NCBI RefSeq assembly: GCF_006345805.1
Contig: NW_021833462.1
Coordinates: 14,924-78,923 of the forward strand
Reading direction: 5' to 3'
Length of the DNA stretch: 64,000 nt
Source of the DNA: Octopus sinensis
Taxonomy: Eukaryota
Shown here: in pieces, positions 53,170 through 64,000 of the stretch
How the letters are laid out: the number at the start of each line of letters is the position of its first letter
How positions within the stretch are numbered: the first letter of the stretch is position 1
Made by a program: the position numbers and the translations under genes
Notes under the pieces: model-generated
What the model was told of the DNA's origin: nothing
Seen by the model: only the letters and a program-made list of their open reading frames with translations
The model's database searches: none

Positions 53170-53335
53170 GTCTGCAGTTTGTCTTGGGCAGGAACAAAGA
53201 ACCAGCGTGACATTTTGCATTAAACTTGGGAAGTCTGCTACAGAGATATTGAGCATGCTTTGGTAAGTTTACGGCGATGAGGCTATGGGTCATACGCAAT
53301 GATTCGAGTGGCACACGCCGCAGCTCAGTGAAAAG
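53170..53335 (+). mobile_element. Mariner transposase N-terminal fragment
   Basis: Translated pieces TFCIKLGKSATEILSML and VYGDEAMGHTQ*FEWH. Confidence 0.75.
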
Positions 53336-53379
53336 CATGCTTATAATTTTTCGACATCCGCAGCAGTTTGTGACATACC

Positions 53380-53607
53380 TATTTCTTTACTACCCACAAA
53401 GGGCTAAACATAGAGTGGACAAACAAGGACAGACAAACGGATTAAGTCGATTATATCGACCCCAGTATGTAACTGGTGCTTAATTTATCGACCCCGAAAG
53501 GATGAAAGGCAAAGTCGACCTCAGCGGAATTTGAACTCAGAACGTAGCGGCAGACGAAATACCACTAAGCATTTCGTCCGACGTGCGAACGTCTCTGCCA
53601 GCTCGCC
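53380..53607 (-). mobile_element. SINE-A monomer with 10-bp TSD
   Basis: TSD gtgacatacc at 53370-53379 and 53608-53617. Confidence 0.95.
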
Positions 53608-54199
53608 GTGACATACCGCTGTAGCAATTTCATCTCCGCAGTATTATGAACGGAAAATTCGACCTCCAGGGCCAGGGACAAATATATCCCGCCCTATAGA
53701 ATATAAATATATCCAGCCTTATAGAAATAGTAGATATGGGTGTGAGCTGTGCTCTATAGAAACATATGAAATTTTTAAGCATAAAGATAAAGGCAACTTG
53801 ATTAATAAAAGATTAGACTTTAGGGTATCATGTGTACATAGTTTAACTCGTACTTTTAATTACTTTTGAAAGTTGCACTTTATAGGTCTTGTGATTGTAC
53901 TGATCTTGAAGGATACTAACTTTTAATATTTTAGTCTGAAATTAAAGCACAATACATATATTACAAAATAATAAAAGTATAGTTAGTGTGTTAATCAAAG
54001 TAGAATGGAATGATCAGGTAGGGTAGCAGTGATTTTGATGGATACTTACTTTTAAATATGTTTAGTCTGAAATTAAAGCACATTGCCTATATCACAATAA
54101 AATAATAGCTATATAGAGTAGTTAGTTAGTGTGCTAAACATAATATACTATCCATAGAAAGATTTTCCTACTTAGTTGATCAAATGTTATCATTGTTTT

Positions 54200-54990
54200 A
54201 GTAATTACTTCATTTATCCCTCTCTTAAAGTGTTTCACCCTCCTGATCTTAGTATTTATAAGGGCCTTTCTGAAAGTAGCCCCTCTAATTAAGTACTCCC
54301 AAGAAACTACAATATCAGGTATGGATTAACACACAAACTTTAAAGACCTATAATATACCTCTTAGTATATAACTAGTATATAGTTAGCATGTCCTATAAC
54401 ATCAATATTCCTTTAGTTAATACCAGGTATCATTCTTTATAGATACAAGCTAAATAAGTAAATAAACAATTTTTGGCTTAAATACTTGAATTATTATACA
54501 TTTTTTATAAGTCTCCTCTATTGATGTTACTAAGGTGTACATATACTTCAGTATGGTCTTTAATGATTAAGCTATTTTATTCCGTTTCTATGGAGTTCTA
54601 CCCTACCAGATCATTTTAATACCTTTTAATTGTCTTCATGAAACAAACCTAATTTTCGAACCGCTATAAATTCATACTTAGCTTATATGAAACTATATCA
54701 GTATCTTCACAACTTAAAATAAATTGCTTAGATTATAATTTAATTAATATATAAATTAAACATGTTTTTTCACCTCAGTGCTCCTTTATTCAATACCAGT
54801 AAATGCCAATTGATCAATCTCCATAGATACCATCTAAGAAGTTAATATTTAAGTATATAATATGTATAAATATTAAACTATTTCTATCCTTGTTGTTGCT
54901 TATTTTGATTTAATTCACCTTATTTTGAAACTGTAGTCTATAGAGAAATGGTTAAATTAGCTCTGTTTATAAAGTTACTGTACAGGTTAT
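54200..54990 (-). mobile_element. Very decayed CR1/L2-like RT 3' relic
   Basis: Faint ordered motifs on the minus strand (IDQLAFT, RGDL*KMY, SIPDIVVS..FRKAL); many stops. Confidence 0.3.
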
Positions 54991-55001
54991 ATAAATATAA
55001 A

Positions 55002-55036
<35 letters not shown>

Positions 55037-55209
55037 ATATATATAGGTATTCTTTATATGTGGATTGAAAAGGCAACCAATGGTTTCATGCAAAGATATC
55101 TTCACAATTGCTAAAGTGAGTCACATGGCAATGTTGGTACTCTATTTTGTATGGGAATACACTAGTTTATACGAAACTGAACGCCATTAGTGTAATGTAT
55201 GTGTATGTA

Positions 55210-55252
<43 letters not shown>

Positions 55253-56208
55253 ATATATATATATATATATATATATAGATCAATAAATGGTAGGGTTAGG
55301 AACTGAAGAACTACAATTACACTACTTTCTGTTTGCCAACACCCTTAATTAAACTAAACAACACATGGCTTCAATCCCATTGGATCCTAATACTTCAAGG
55401 TAATTTTTTCGTGAACAATCATAACTCAAGATACTAAAGACTTCACAATGTATCGGGTACATATTTTTTAATTTTTGTACATTTCATTATTTTTTCTCAA
55501 AAAACAATGCAATTTTCTTTTTCCCCTTTCTCACTTTTAAAAAAAATTTTACTTTACAATTCTCGAAAAGTCACATTATGACGAAAACGGTTTGAATTAA
55601 TATATATTTATATATTTTTATCAATTTTTAAAAAATGTTTTCCCTACACCCATTTACATTAAAATTTTCTTTCAATTTAGCATTCTGCATTTTTACAATT
55701 TTTCCTTGCTTATATATATATATATATTATATATATATTATATATATATATTGATATTCATAATTCATTTGCTTTAAGTCGAGAATGTAAATATCAGTGG
55801 TATATTGGAACAGTTTCACTTGACAACGTAAGTTAACATTCCATTCCCTTTGTCAAATTTAATGGAAAAACTCAATAAAGCGTCATTAATACCTCCCCCA
55901 ACTCATTAGGCAAATTATCTTCATCAATACCCATGTTGCAATGTTATCATAAGGCCGAGGTGGTCGTGGTATGGAAGAGAAATATAATCCTCGTCGTATT
56001 CTCAATCAATTCTTGTCTCAAGTGATTATATTTAATTAGCATCATTATCATTACAACGTCCTTAATGACTGTCGCCATCACCGACCTCGCAAGCTGCCTC
56101 TCTTTCATATTTCTGCCTGCTCCGCCTACACTTACAACACCGATATGGCCACCCTCGAGCCGACATCATTACACCATCCAACCACCCCCACTACTACAAC
56201 TACTACTA

Positions 56209-56260
<52 letters not shown>

Positions 56261-56529
56261 CACCAACGCCATCAACATTTACACCATCGACAATAATTAA
56301 AACAACTGTGTTTAACGTTGAAAGCTTCAAGACACCACCACCGCCGTCATCACTGTCACAGTTCCTACCACAGCCACCACAGCCACCACCGCCATCTCAA
56401 TGTTCTTACCATCTCCACTACCATTTCGCGATTATTTATCGGCACCATAATTACCACAACCAGCATCTACACCGGCATCACCACCTCCATTACAAGAGCC
56501 TCAATCGTCCCCACCGACACGAAGAATAC

Positions 56530-56760
56530 TTATTTTTTATTACCCACAAGGGGCTAAACATAGAGGGGACAAACAAGGACAGACATAGGTATTAAGTTGA
56601 TTACATCGACCCCAGTGCGTAACTGGTACTTAATTTATCGACCCCGAAAGGATGAAAGGCAAAGACGACCTCGGCGGAATTTGAACTCAGAAGGTAGCGG
56701 CAGACGAAATACCGCTAAATATTTCGTCTGGCGCGCTAACGTTTCTGCCAGCTCACCGCC
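56530..56760 (-). mobile_element. SINE-A monomer with 14-16-bp TSD
   Basis: (cc)gacacgaagaatac at 56514-56529 and 56759-56774. Confidence 0.95.
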
Positions 56761-57640
56761 GACACGAAGAATACCATTTCTGACATGACCACCACAATTG
56801 ATCATTTTCAGGTACATTGAAACTCAAAATACAAAACAGATGGGTAGGTCATAGATGGAATGTTGTTTATCGAAGTATAGGACTTAAATTTGCTCGACTT
56901 ACTAGAAATCACAACCAAATTTTCCACATCACCTTTTAAAGAATAGCATGTATTGATGGTTCAATGCTGTTCCATCTGAAGTAGCTGGTCAGTAAAAGGG
57001 GACCTGTGGTTATAAAACAATGACATAGCCATGATTGTAATATCTTTGGTCATAAGAACGTGGCGCTAAAGGACATAGAAAAGAAATACCTTTGATCGTA
57101 AAGCTGGTTGGTTAAGGCTGACTCGGGGTTAAATAAACACGACCGTCGTTGAAATAACTTTGATCGTCCTACTTGATCAGAATTAGTTCCAGGGTGTACA
57201 AGAAGAACAAAGAATATGACCAAGTCAAGAAAGCAAATTCCTAAAGAAATATTACTACCACCACTGCCACAACCAGCACCGCCGAAGCCACCACCACCAT
57301 CACCACCACCACCACCACCACCACTACCATGCTTAGCCCTTGGCAAAACAATAACCAAAATTAATACCACTTCTTAAAATCTGCAGTCATCAAAGCATTT
57401 ACAGCTACTCTCATAGCTACAGCTACTACCACCCTTTAAACCACCACCACCACTACCACTATACCTACCTCTTGGCAAAGCAATAACCACCATCACCACC
57501 ATCATCACCACCAGAGGGCATCTAAGTATCATCATCAGGGTTAACATCATCCTCTAATTATGCGCTATTAATGCATCAAGCATCATGTCAATCACCGTAG
57601 CACTACCAAGAGCACTGACACGACAAACAACTAAACACTG

Positions 57641-57682
<42 letters not shown>

Positions 57683-57783
57683 TTTCAAACACAACAATCT
57701 GCAACCATCATCAAAAAGTACCTCTGCTACTCTAATCACTCTTTACTAACGACATTATTACATTTCAAACATCGACAAATATC

Positions 57784-57863
<80 letters not shown>

Positions 57864-57867
57864 AAAA

Positions 57868-57924
<57 letters not shown>

Positions 57925-58544
57925 TAATAATAATATGATAATGATGATGGTGACGATGATGATAAATGATAATCGCCAACAACAATAAAACGGTATCTGT
58001 CAAAATATCAAATGACAAATAGGCCGGGAAAGATTAGAAAAAAATCCACCATTTTTAAAAAAAATATTTTCTATAAATGGAAGCAAGGTTTTCCTAAAGG
58101 AAAAAAAAAACATGACTTTTTATATTCATCCTTTCTTTTTTTCCTTTTTTTACCTCATTTTCAATCTGAAACATTAGACGTGTCGCTTCTTTATATGATT
58201 TGACTCTTTCATTATTTCTTTCTAATTTCATATTTTGTGTCATTTTTTTTTTTTTTCCTTTTCTTACATTTCAAAAATTATTTTATTTTCCAAAGAAAAA
58301 AAAAATTTTTTTTTTTCTTTTGGATATGATTTTTTTAAAGATTCGAGAAATAAAAAGCTAGAATCAAAAAAAAAAAAAAAAAAAAATTGGAAACTGTAAA
58401 AAAAAAAAAGGATATTTTTTCAGATTAAGAATTGAAATATAACTTTCTAATTTAAAAGATTAATAAATACAGGAATGAATAAACGAAATCATCGAAACTA
58501 TTTTTTTTTATTAAAAAAATGTTTATGGAGATTAAAAAAGATCA

Positions 58545-59260
58545 TAGTCTTCAAACACACACGCGCACACTCTTGTACTTCATACACAGATACAGACACA
58601 CGCACGCCCAAACACGCACACACACACACACACTCATGTACTTCATACACAGATACAGACACACGCACGCTCAAACACACACACACACACAGAGACACAC
58701 ACACACACTTGTACTTCATACACAGATACAAACACACGCACGCCCAAACACACACACACACACACTTGTACTTCATACACAGATACAAACACACGCACGC
58801 ACACACACACACACGCACACTCTTGTACTTCATACACAGATACAAACACACGCACGCCCAAACACACACGCACACACACACACACGCAACACTCTTGTAC
58901 TTCATACACAAATAAAAACACGCACGAAACACAACACAATAACACACACTCTTGTATTCATTACACAGAACAGACACACGCACGCTTCAAAACACACACA
59001 CACACACAAACACACACACACCATGACTTCATCACAGATACAACACACGCACGCCCAAACACACACACACACAGACACACACACACACACACAGACACAC
59101 ACACACACACACACAGACACACACACAACACACTTGTACTTCATACACAGATACAGACACACGCACGCTCAAAACACACACCACAGGATACACACACACA
59201 CACTTGTACTTCGTACACAGATACAGATACACGCACGCCCAAAAACACATACACATACAC
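58545..59260. repeat. Composite minisatellite: conserved core cttgtacttcatacacagataca(g/a)acacacgcacgc(c/t)caaa with variable (CA)n spacers, about 10 copies
   Basis: Core seen near 58572, 58636, 58708, 58765, 58821, 58892, 58951, 59024, 59133 and 59203. Confidence 0.9.
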
Positions 59261-59354
59261 ACACAAACACACACACACACGCACACACACATATATATAT
59301 ACACACATATATAAACATGAGCACACAGCATAAACACATAAGCAAGTATGTATG

Positions 59355-59412
<58 letters not shown>

Positions 59413-59492
59413 ATCCGTGAGTGTGTATGTGTGTGTATCTATCTATCAGTCTGTCTGTTTTTCTCCCTCTCTCTCTCTCTCCTCTCTCTCTC

Positions 59493-59523
<31 letters not shown>

Positions 59524-59529
59524 TCATAT

Positions 59530-59574
<45 letters not shown>

Positions 59575-60397
59575 GCACACACATATATATATATATATGT
59601 ATATACACATACACACACCACACACACACATATATATATGTTTGCATCTATTTACAAACACATACACACATGTATATACACGCGCACCCAACCTCACACA
59701 AACCCGTACTTAAATGGCGGATACGTTAGATTGATAAAGATATTTTGGAGAATTCTATGAGAAAACGTTGGTTAGGGCTGGAATTCTGTATATTGATAGA
59801 TCCTTGCAACGAGTTCTTTCCAGAACCAACAAAAACTAGTTAAACAGAAACAGAGACAGCAACAGCAACAGCAACGATGTTAGTTAATTAATTAATTAAT
59901 GATGTAAACATATTGATCGCTCGGTGTTGTATTATGTATCAATGAATGGATGTGAAATATCATTTGTATGAATGATATTGGAAATTGGAAGAAAGAGAGA
60001 GAGAGGGAAATATATAGAGAGAAAGCGAGAGGGGGAAGAGCATGAAAGAGAGAGGAAGAGCGGTAGAGAATGGATGGAACAGAAGAAAATAGGGAGAGAG
60101 GGAAATGAAAGAGACTACAGCAGAGAGAGAGATGGTGAAGGTTACTGCCACAGACTACAGAGAGCTAAAGAAAGTCAAAATTGGACAGTCGGTTCCAAAG
60201 CGTTGGTGAAAGTTTAATTCTAGAGACCATCGCACATCTGAGGGCCAGAGGACACTCTAACATGGAATTAGTGAGTGTTACTGAGAAAACACGTAGATGG
60301 AGCTGGAGAAGTTTACAGCTACAAACGGTCAGAAAATGTTAGGCTGTGAGTAGCAGAGATCAATACTGATAGACAGGTCCATTGTCAGAGAAGCTCC

Positions 60398-60790
60398 AGT
60401 GGCTGTGTGGTAAGTAGCTTGCTAACCAACCACATGGTTCCGGGTTCAGTCCCACTGCGTGGCATCTTGGGCAAGTGTCTTCTGCTATAGCCCCGGGCCG
60501 ACCAATGCCTTGTGAGTGGATTTGGTAGACGGAAACTGAAAGAAGCCTGTCGTATATATGTATATATATGTATGTGTGTTTGTGTGTCTGTGTTTGTCCC
60601 CCTAGCATTGCCTGACAACCGATGCAGGTGTGTTTACGTCCCCGTCACTTAGCGGTTCGGCAAAAGAGACCGATAGAATAAGCACTGGGCTTACAAAGAA
60701 TAAGTCTCGGGGTCGATTTGCTCGACTAAAGGCGGTGCTCCAGCATGGCCGCAGTCAAAATGACTGAAACAAGTAAAAGAGTAAAAGAGT
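60398..60790 (+). mobile_element. SINE-C
   Basis: Head, CORE-like region and tail. Confidence 0.95.
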
Positions 60791-60832
60791 ATATGAATAT
60801 CTAGTTATTTAGCACTCTTCCTTGTTTTAAAG

Positions 60833-60875
60833 TGGGATATATTATTTGAGGAAGATTTACCTGGTATTTCTAGAC
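60833..60875 (+). CDS. Candidate internal exon (43 nt, phase 0 to 1), peptide WDILFEEDLPGISR
   Basis: Acceptor cactcttccttgttttaaag, donor GAC|gtaagg; in frame after the 46880 candidate. Confidence 0.4.
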
Positions 60876-61481
60876 GTAAGGGCTCTCTCTTACAGGTACC
60901 TTTGTCTCCCGCATTGCCTTTGTAGAAACTGTCCATGTATTGATCTGACAATGAACCTGTAATAAATACCAAACAAAGATGATAAAAATAAGTAAAAATG
61001 TAAAAAAAAAACGAAAAGATTTTAAAAACAAAAAGTAAAATGCAAAAAAAAAGGTAACTGCGAAATATCAATATCGAGTTTGGTGGAGATATTGGAATTG
61101 CATATGGTATTTCAGTTGATCTCACACCTGGAGACAGAAATAATTACTAATATATTATGAACGGAACATCTACTGTTATCGCAAACATATTGATTTCTAG
61201 CGAAGACAAACACGACAGAGTCAAAATAAGAGAAAAAAGGCAGGAAGGGAGAAAAAGAGGGAGGGAGGGAGAGAGGGAGAGAAGGAGAGGGAGGGGAGAG
61301 AAGGAGGGAGAGAGAGAAAGAGAGGAAAGAATTAATGTAACACATCTTCATACAAGAGTGGAAATTGGAATATGAGGAAAACACGGGTGTTTGGTTTTGA
61401 GAAATTACAGAACGGATAACACTGACTGCCATTACATGTGTGTGTGTGTGTGTAAATATTTACTTGAGTATCATATGTACA

Positions 61482-61515
<34 letters not shown>

Positions 61516-61735
61516 GGTGTGTGAGTGTGTTATAAGTGTATCTACCATGGCTCTTTGCACAGGGACATGTAAGTGAGATTATGCGTGTAGATGGATGCGT
61601 GTTCTCTGTTCCCATATATTTTAGCGAAAATTGCAAAACCAATGCAATCCCGGTTACGACACACAAAGATCGCCGTCTAAATCCGAAGCAATGTCATGTT
61701 AAAGAATTATTATTGTGTTGAAGGTGCAACTAATA

Positions 61736-61776
<41 letters not shown>

Positions 61777-62269
61777 CGCGCGCTTGTGTGAGTGGGTTTG
61801 CGCGTATGTATATATATACATGCATATATAGTATAGTTACACTGCAAAAATGGTATGATTCAAATATATTAAACCTTCTTCCCTCATCTCGAGGCCCTTT
61901 TCTATTTCTCTTTCATTTTATGTATTTTTCTTCACTCTGATGAAGATCCATGTACCAGATTGGGTGTACTATAGAATATGACGAATATTATTCTCAGAAT
62001 TTTCTTTGACAGCGTTGAGGGATATTGGAAGCAGAAACGACTGTTAGAAATAATAATGTTTTGTATTAAAACATAATAATTGATGGTAGTCAGTTTGTTG
62101 ATCAAGAATTTTCTCCATTTTCTGCTTAATTTATGTATATAAACACACTTACATATATTATTGCTTGTTTACACTTTTTCGAGATGACGTTTTGTCACTA
62201 CAAAAAGATATATATATATAATTGCATTGGAAGCCACTTCACATTGACAACCGGTGATTGTCACACGCT

Positions 62270-62452
62270 GACACTCGGGTCCGTGTGTATCTCGTCAGGT
62301 TGGAGATGGGAAGGATGGCTTCCCTTTGCAAACAGTGATAGGGCACAGAAAGTGTGTCAATAGCCAGGTAGAGGAGGTGTCTTCAGGGTTACAAGCTACA
62401 GTAGCATCCACCCTAAGGGTTAGATACATTTAAGTGGCAAATGTGCTTCAAG
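62270..62452 (-). mobile_element. TA-flanked short repeat (putative PLE pLTR) with a degenerate CTGACGA hammerhead core
   Basis: Terminus is about 80% identical by eye to 48101-48166; ctgacga core at 62292-62298 on the minus strand. Confidence 0.55.
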
Positions 62453-62486
<34 letters not shown>

Positions 62487-62529
62487 TATATATATACTTT
62501 ATCTAAAAGCAGTAAAAATATAACAAAAG

Positions 62530-62566
62530 CTGTTACTCAGAGTTTCACGTCCCGTTCGTCGGACAG
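62530..62566 (-). ncRNA. Minimal type I hammerhead ribozyme motif (one core substitution, U4 to C)
   Basis: Minus strand: CUGU-CCGACGA-AC gggac GU-GAA-ACUC u GAGU-A|ACAG. Stem I CUGU/ACAG, stem II AC/GU, palindromic stem III, GUA cleavage triplet. Confidence 0.75.
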
Positions 62567-62630
62567 TTTTCCACCTTTGTTTCACATTTATGTCCTTACT
62601 CCGGCCATACATATATATATATATATACGC

Positions 62631-62818
62631 CATGATAGACCGCTAGCTACTAAAACATTTTCTATTTTCTCTCCCTGTTTATTTCTGTATTTCTTTCTAT
62701 CGAAGGGTGTAGGCTCGAATCGTGAAAGACTTTCTCACATATGAGCGTTAAATTAATACATCTGTTTGTTGTTTACACACCCGTCTTCGTCTTTTTTGCT
62801 TTTTTGTAAATTCTCACT
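62631..62818 (+). mobile_element. Second copy of the 3357-3552 repeat
   Basis: Aligns by eye with 3357-3552; followed by (TA)n. Confidence 0.7.
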
Positions 62819-62841
62819 ATATATATATATATATATGTATA

Positions 62842-62873
<32 letters not shown>

Positions 62874-63383
62874 GTATACATGTATGTATACATGGATATA
62901 TACATACGCGCACACCCACTCACACACGCAGAAGCGCACACAGCACACACACACACACACACGTACCTACTAGCCATTGTCTCTTGATTAAAAAGCAGAA
63001 GCTATGACCTTTGCTGCTCCTCAATTTGCTTTTTCCTTTGTTACACTGTCATCTTCCTTTTAAACAGTTACAAACAACGCTGTTGCGGTAAACATTAGCT
63101 GGGTGAAGATTCTAAAGAATTGAAGTTCTGTGGAAGATAGCCAGGGTATGTGGGGATTCAAGTGGCGTTGGTGTGTCGTGGATACAACAAAACTGACAAG
63201 AACAACATATTCGAATGGATTAACTGTGAATAAATGGAGGAGGAGATATAAGACCAGGCAGCTTCAACAGACTATTCAAGTAATGATAGAAATTACCGGA
63301 GAAGACATTGCAATGATCAGAAGCCTGAAATGCCGGCAAACAATTTAACACCGATCGATTAAGTAACATTTCACTGCATACCC

Positions 63384-63792
63384 AGGAGTGGCTGTGTGGT
63401 AAGTAGCTTGTTTACCAACCACATGGTTCCGGGTTCAGTCCCACTGCGTGGCACTTTGGGCAAGTGTCTTCTACTATAGCCTCGGGCCGACCAAAGCCTT
63501 GTGAGTGGATTTGGTAGACGGAAACTGAAAGAAGCCCGTCGTATATATATATATATATATATATATATGCGTGTGTGTGTTTGTGTGTCTGTGTTTGTCC
63601 CATTAGCATTGCTTGACAACCGATGCTGGTGTAATTATGTCCCCGTTACTTAGAAGTTCTGCAAAAGAGACCGATAGAATAAGTACTGGGCTTACAAAAG
63701 AATAAGTCCCGGGGTCGAGTTGCTCGATTAAAGGCGATGCTCCAGCATGGCCGCAGTCAAATGACTGAAACAAGTAAAAGAGAGTAAAAGAG
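63384..63792 (+). mobile_element. SINE-C full length
   Basis: Head aggagtggctgtgtgg through gtaaaagagagtaaaagag. Confidence 0.95.
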
Positions 63793-63950
63793 AATACCCA
63801 CTGGGTTATGTGTGCGTGATAACAGCAGTATCATCGCGTATAGTAGATGCCCATCATGGGTCGCAGTTGAGGTTTGCAGTTGTTAGGGGAGATTAAAGAG
63901 TTTTTCTGCAACTGATGTGATTCATGCTATGTAAGCTATAATATTTGATC

Positions 63951-64000
63951 GTGGAGTCGCAATGGCCCAGTGGTTAGGGCAGCGGACTCGCGGTCGTAGG
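63951..64000 (+). mobile_element. SINE-R head, cut by the window end
   Basis: gtggagtcgcaatggcccagtggttagggcagcggactcgcggtcgtagg. Confidence 0.9.

Noticed and set aside
53170-53263. Apparent exon ending at a strong gtaagt donor
   Set aside because: The translation is a mariner transposase N-terminus, so it is not a host exon.
56065-56595. 176-aa + strand ORF rich in L/P/H
   Set aside because: Made of CTA/CTG/CCA repeats and ends inside a SINE-A.

Overview
AT-rich, repeat-saturated eukaryotic DNA, probably intronic or intergenic. The repeat families look like those I recall from Octopus (coleoid cephalopod) genomes; that assignment comes from recalled family sequences, not a search. No complete protein-coding gene is visible, and nearly all ORFs in the supplied track are microsatellite read-throughs ([12 protein letters not shown], poly-I/L). 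Supported content: (1) three tRNA-derived SINE families in more than 20 copies, called SINE-A (central GCCTTTCATCCTTTCGGGGTCGATAAA domain), SINE-C (CORE-like, internal microsatellite) and SINE-R, several with clear TSDs; (2) decayed non-LTR retrotransposon pieces (R4/Dong RT and 3' ends, an RTE 3' end, L1/Tx1-like and CR1-like relics); (3) a decayed mariner, several MITEs and a Helentron/HINE-like element; (4) short TA-flanked elements with hammerhead-ribozyme-like folds typical of Penelope-like pLTRs; (5) many micro- and minisatellites; (6) several small, splice-flanked, frame-compatible candidate exons of an unidentified + strand gene. Most notable: SINE-A forms head-to-tail concatemers with one precise junction (GAAATA|GGTATTTCG, 7 junctions at 3 loci), and two arrays lie inside a single TSD; a near-canonical minimal hammerhead at 62530-62566 plus a 10-nt-core variant in two copies; and a (TAA)n-targeted non-coding element paired with Dong 3' ends at two loci.
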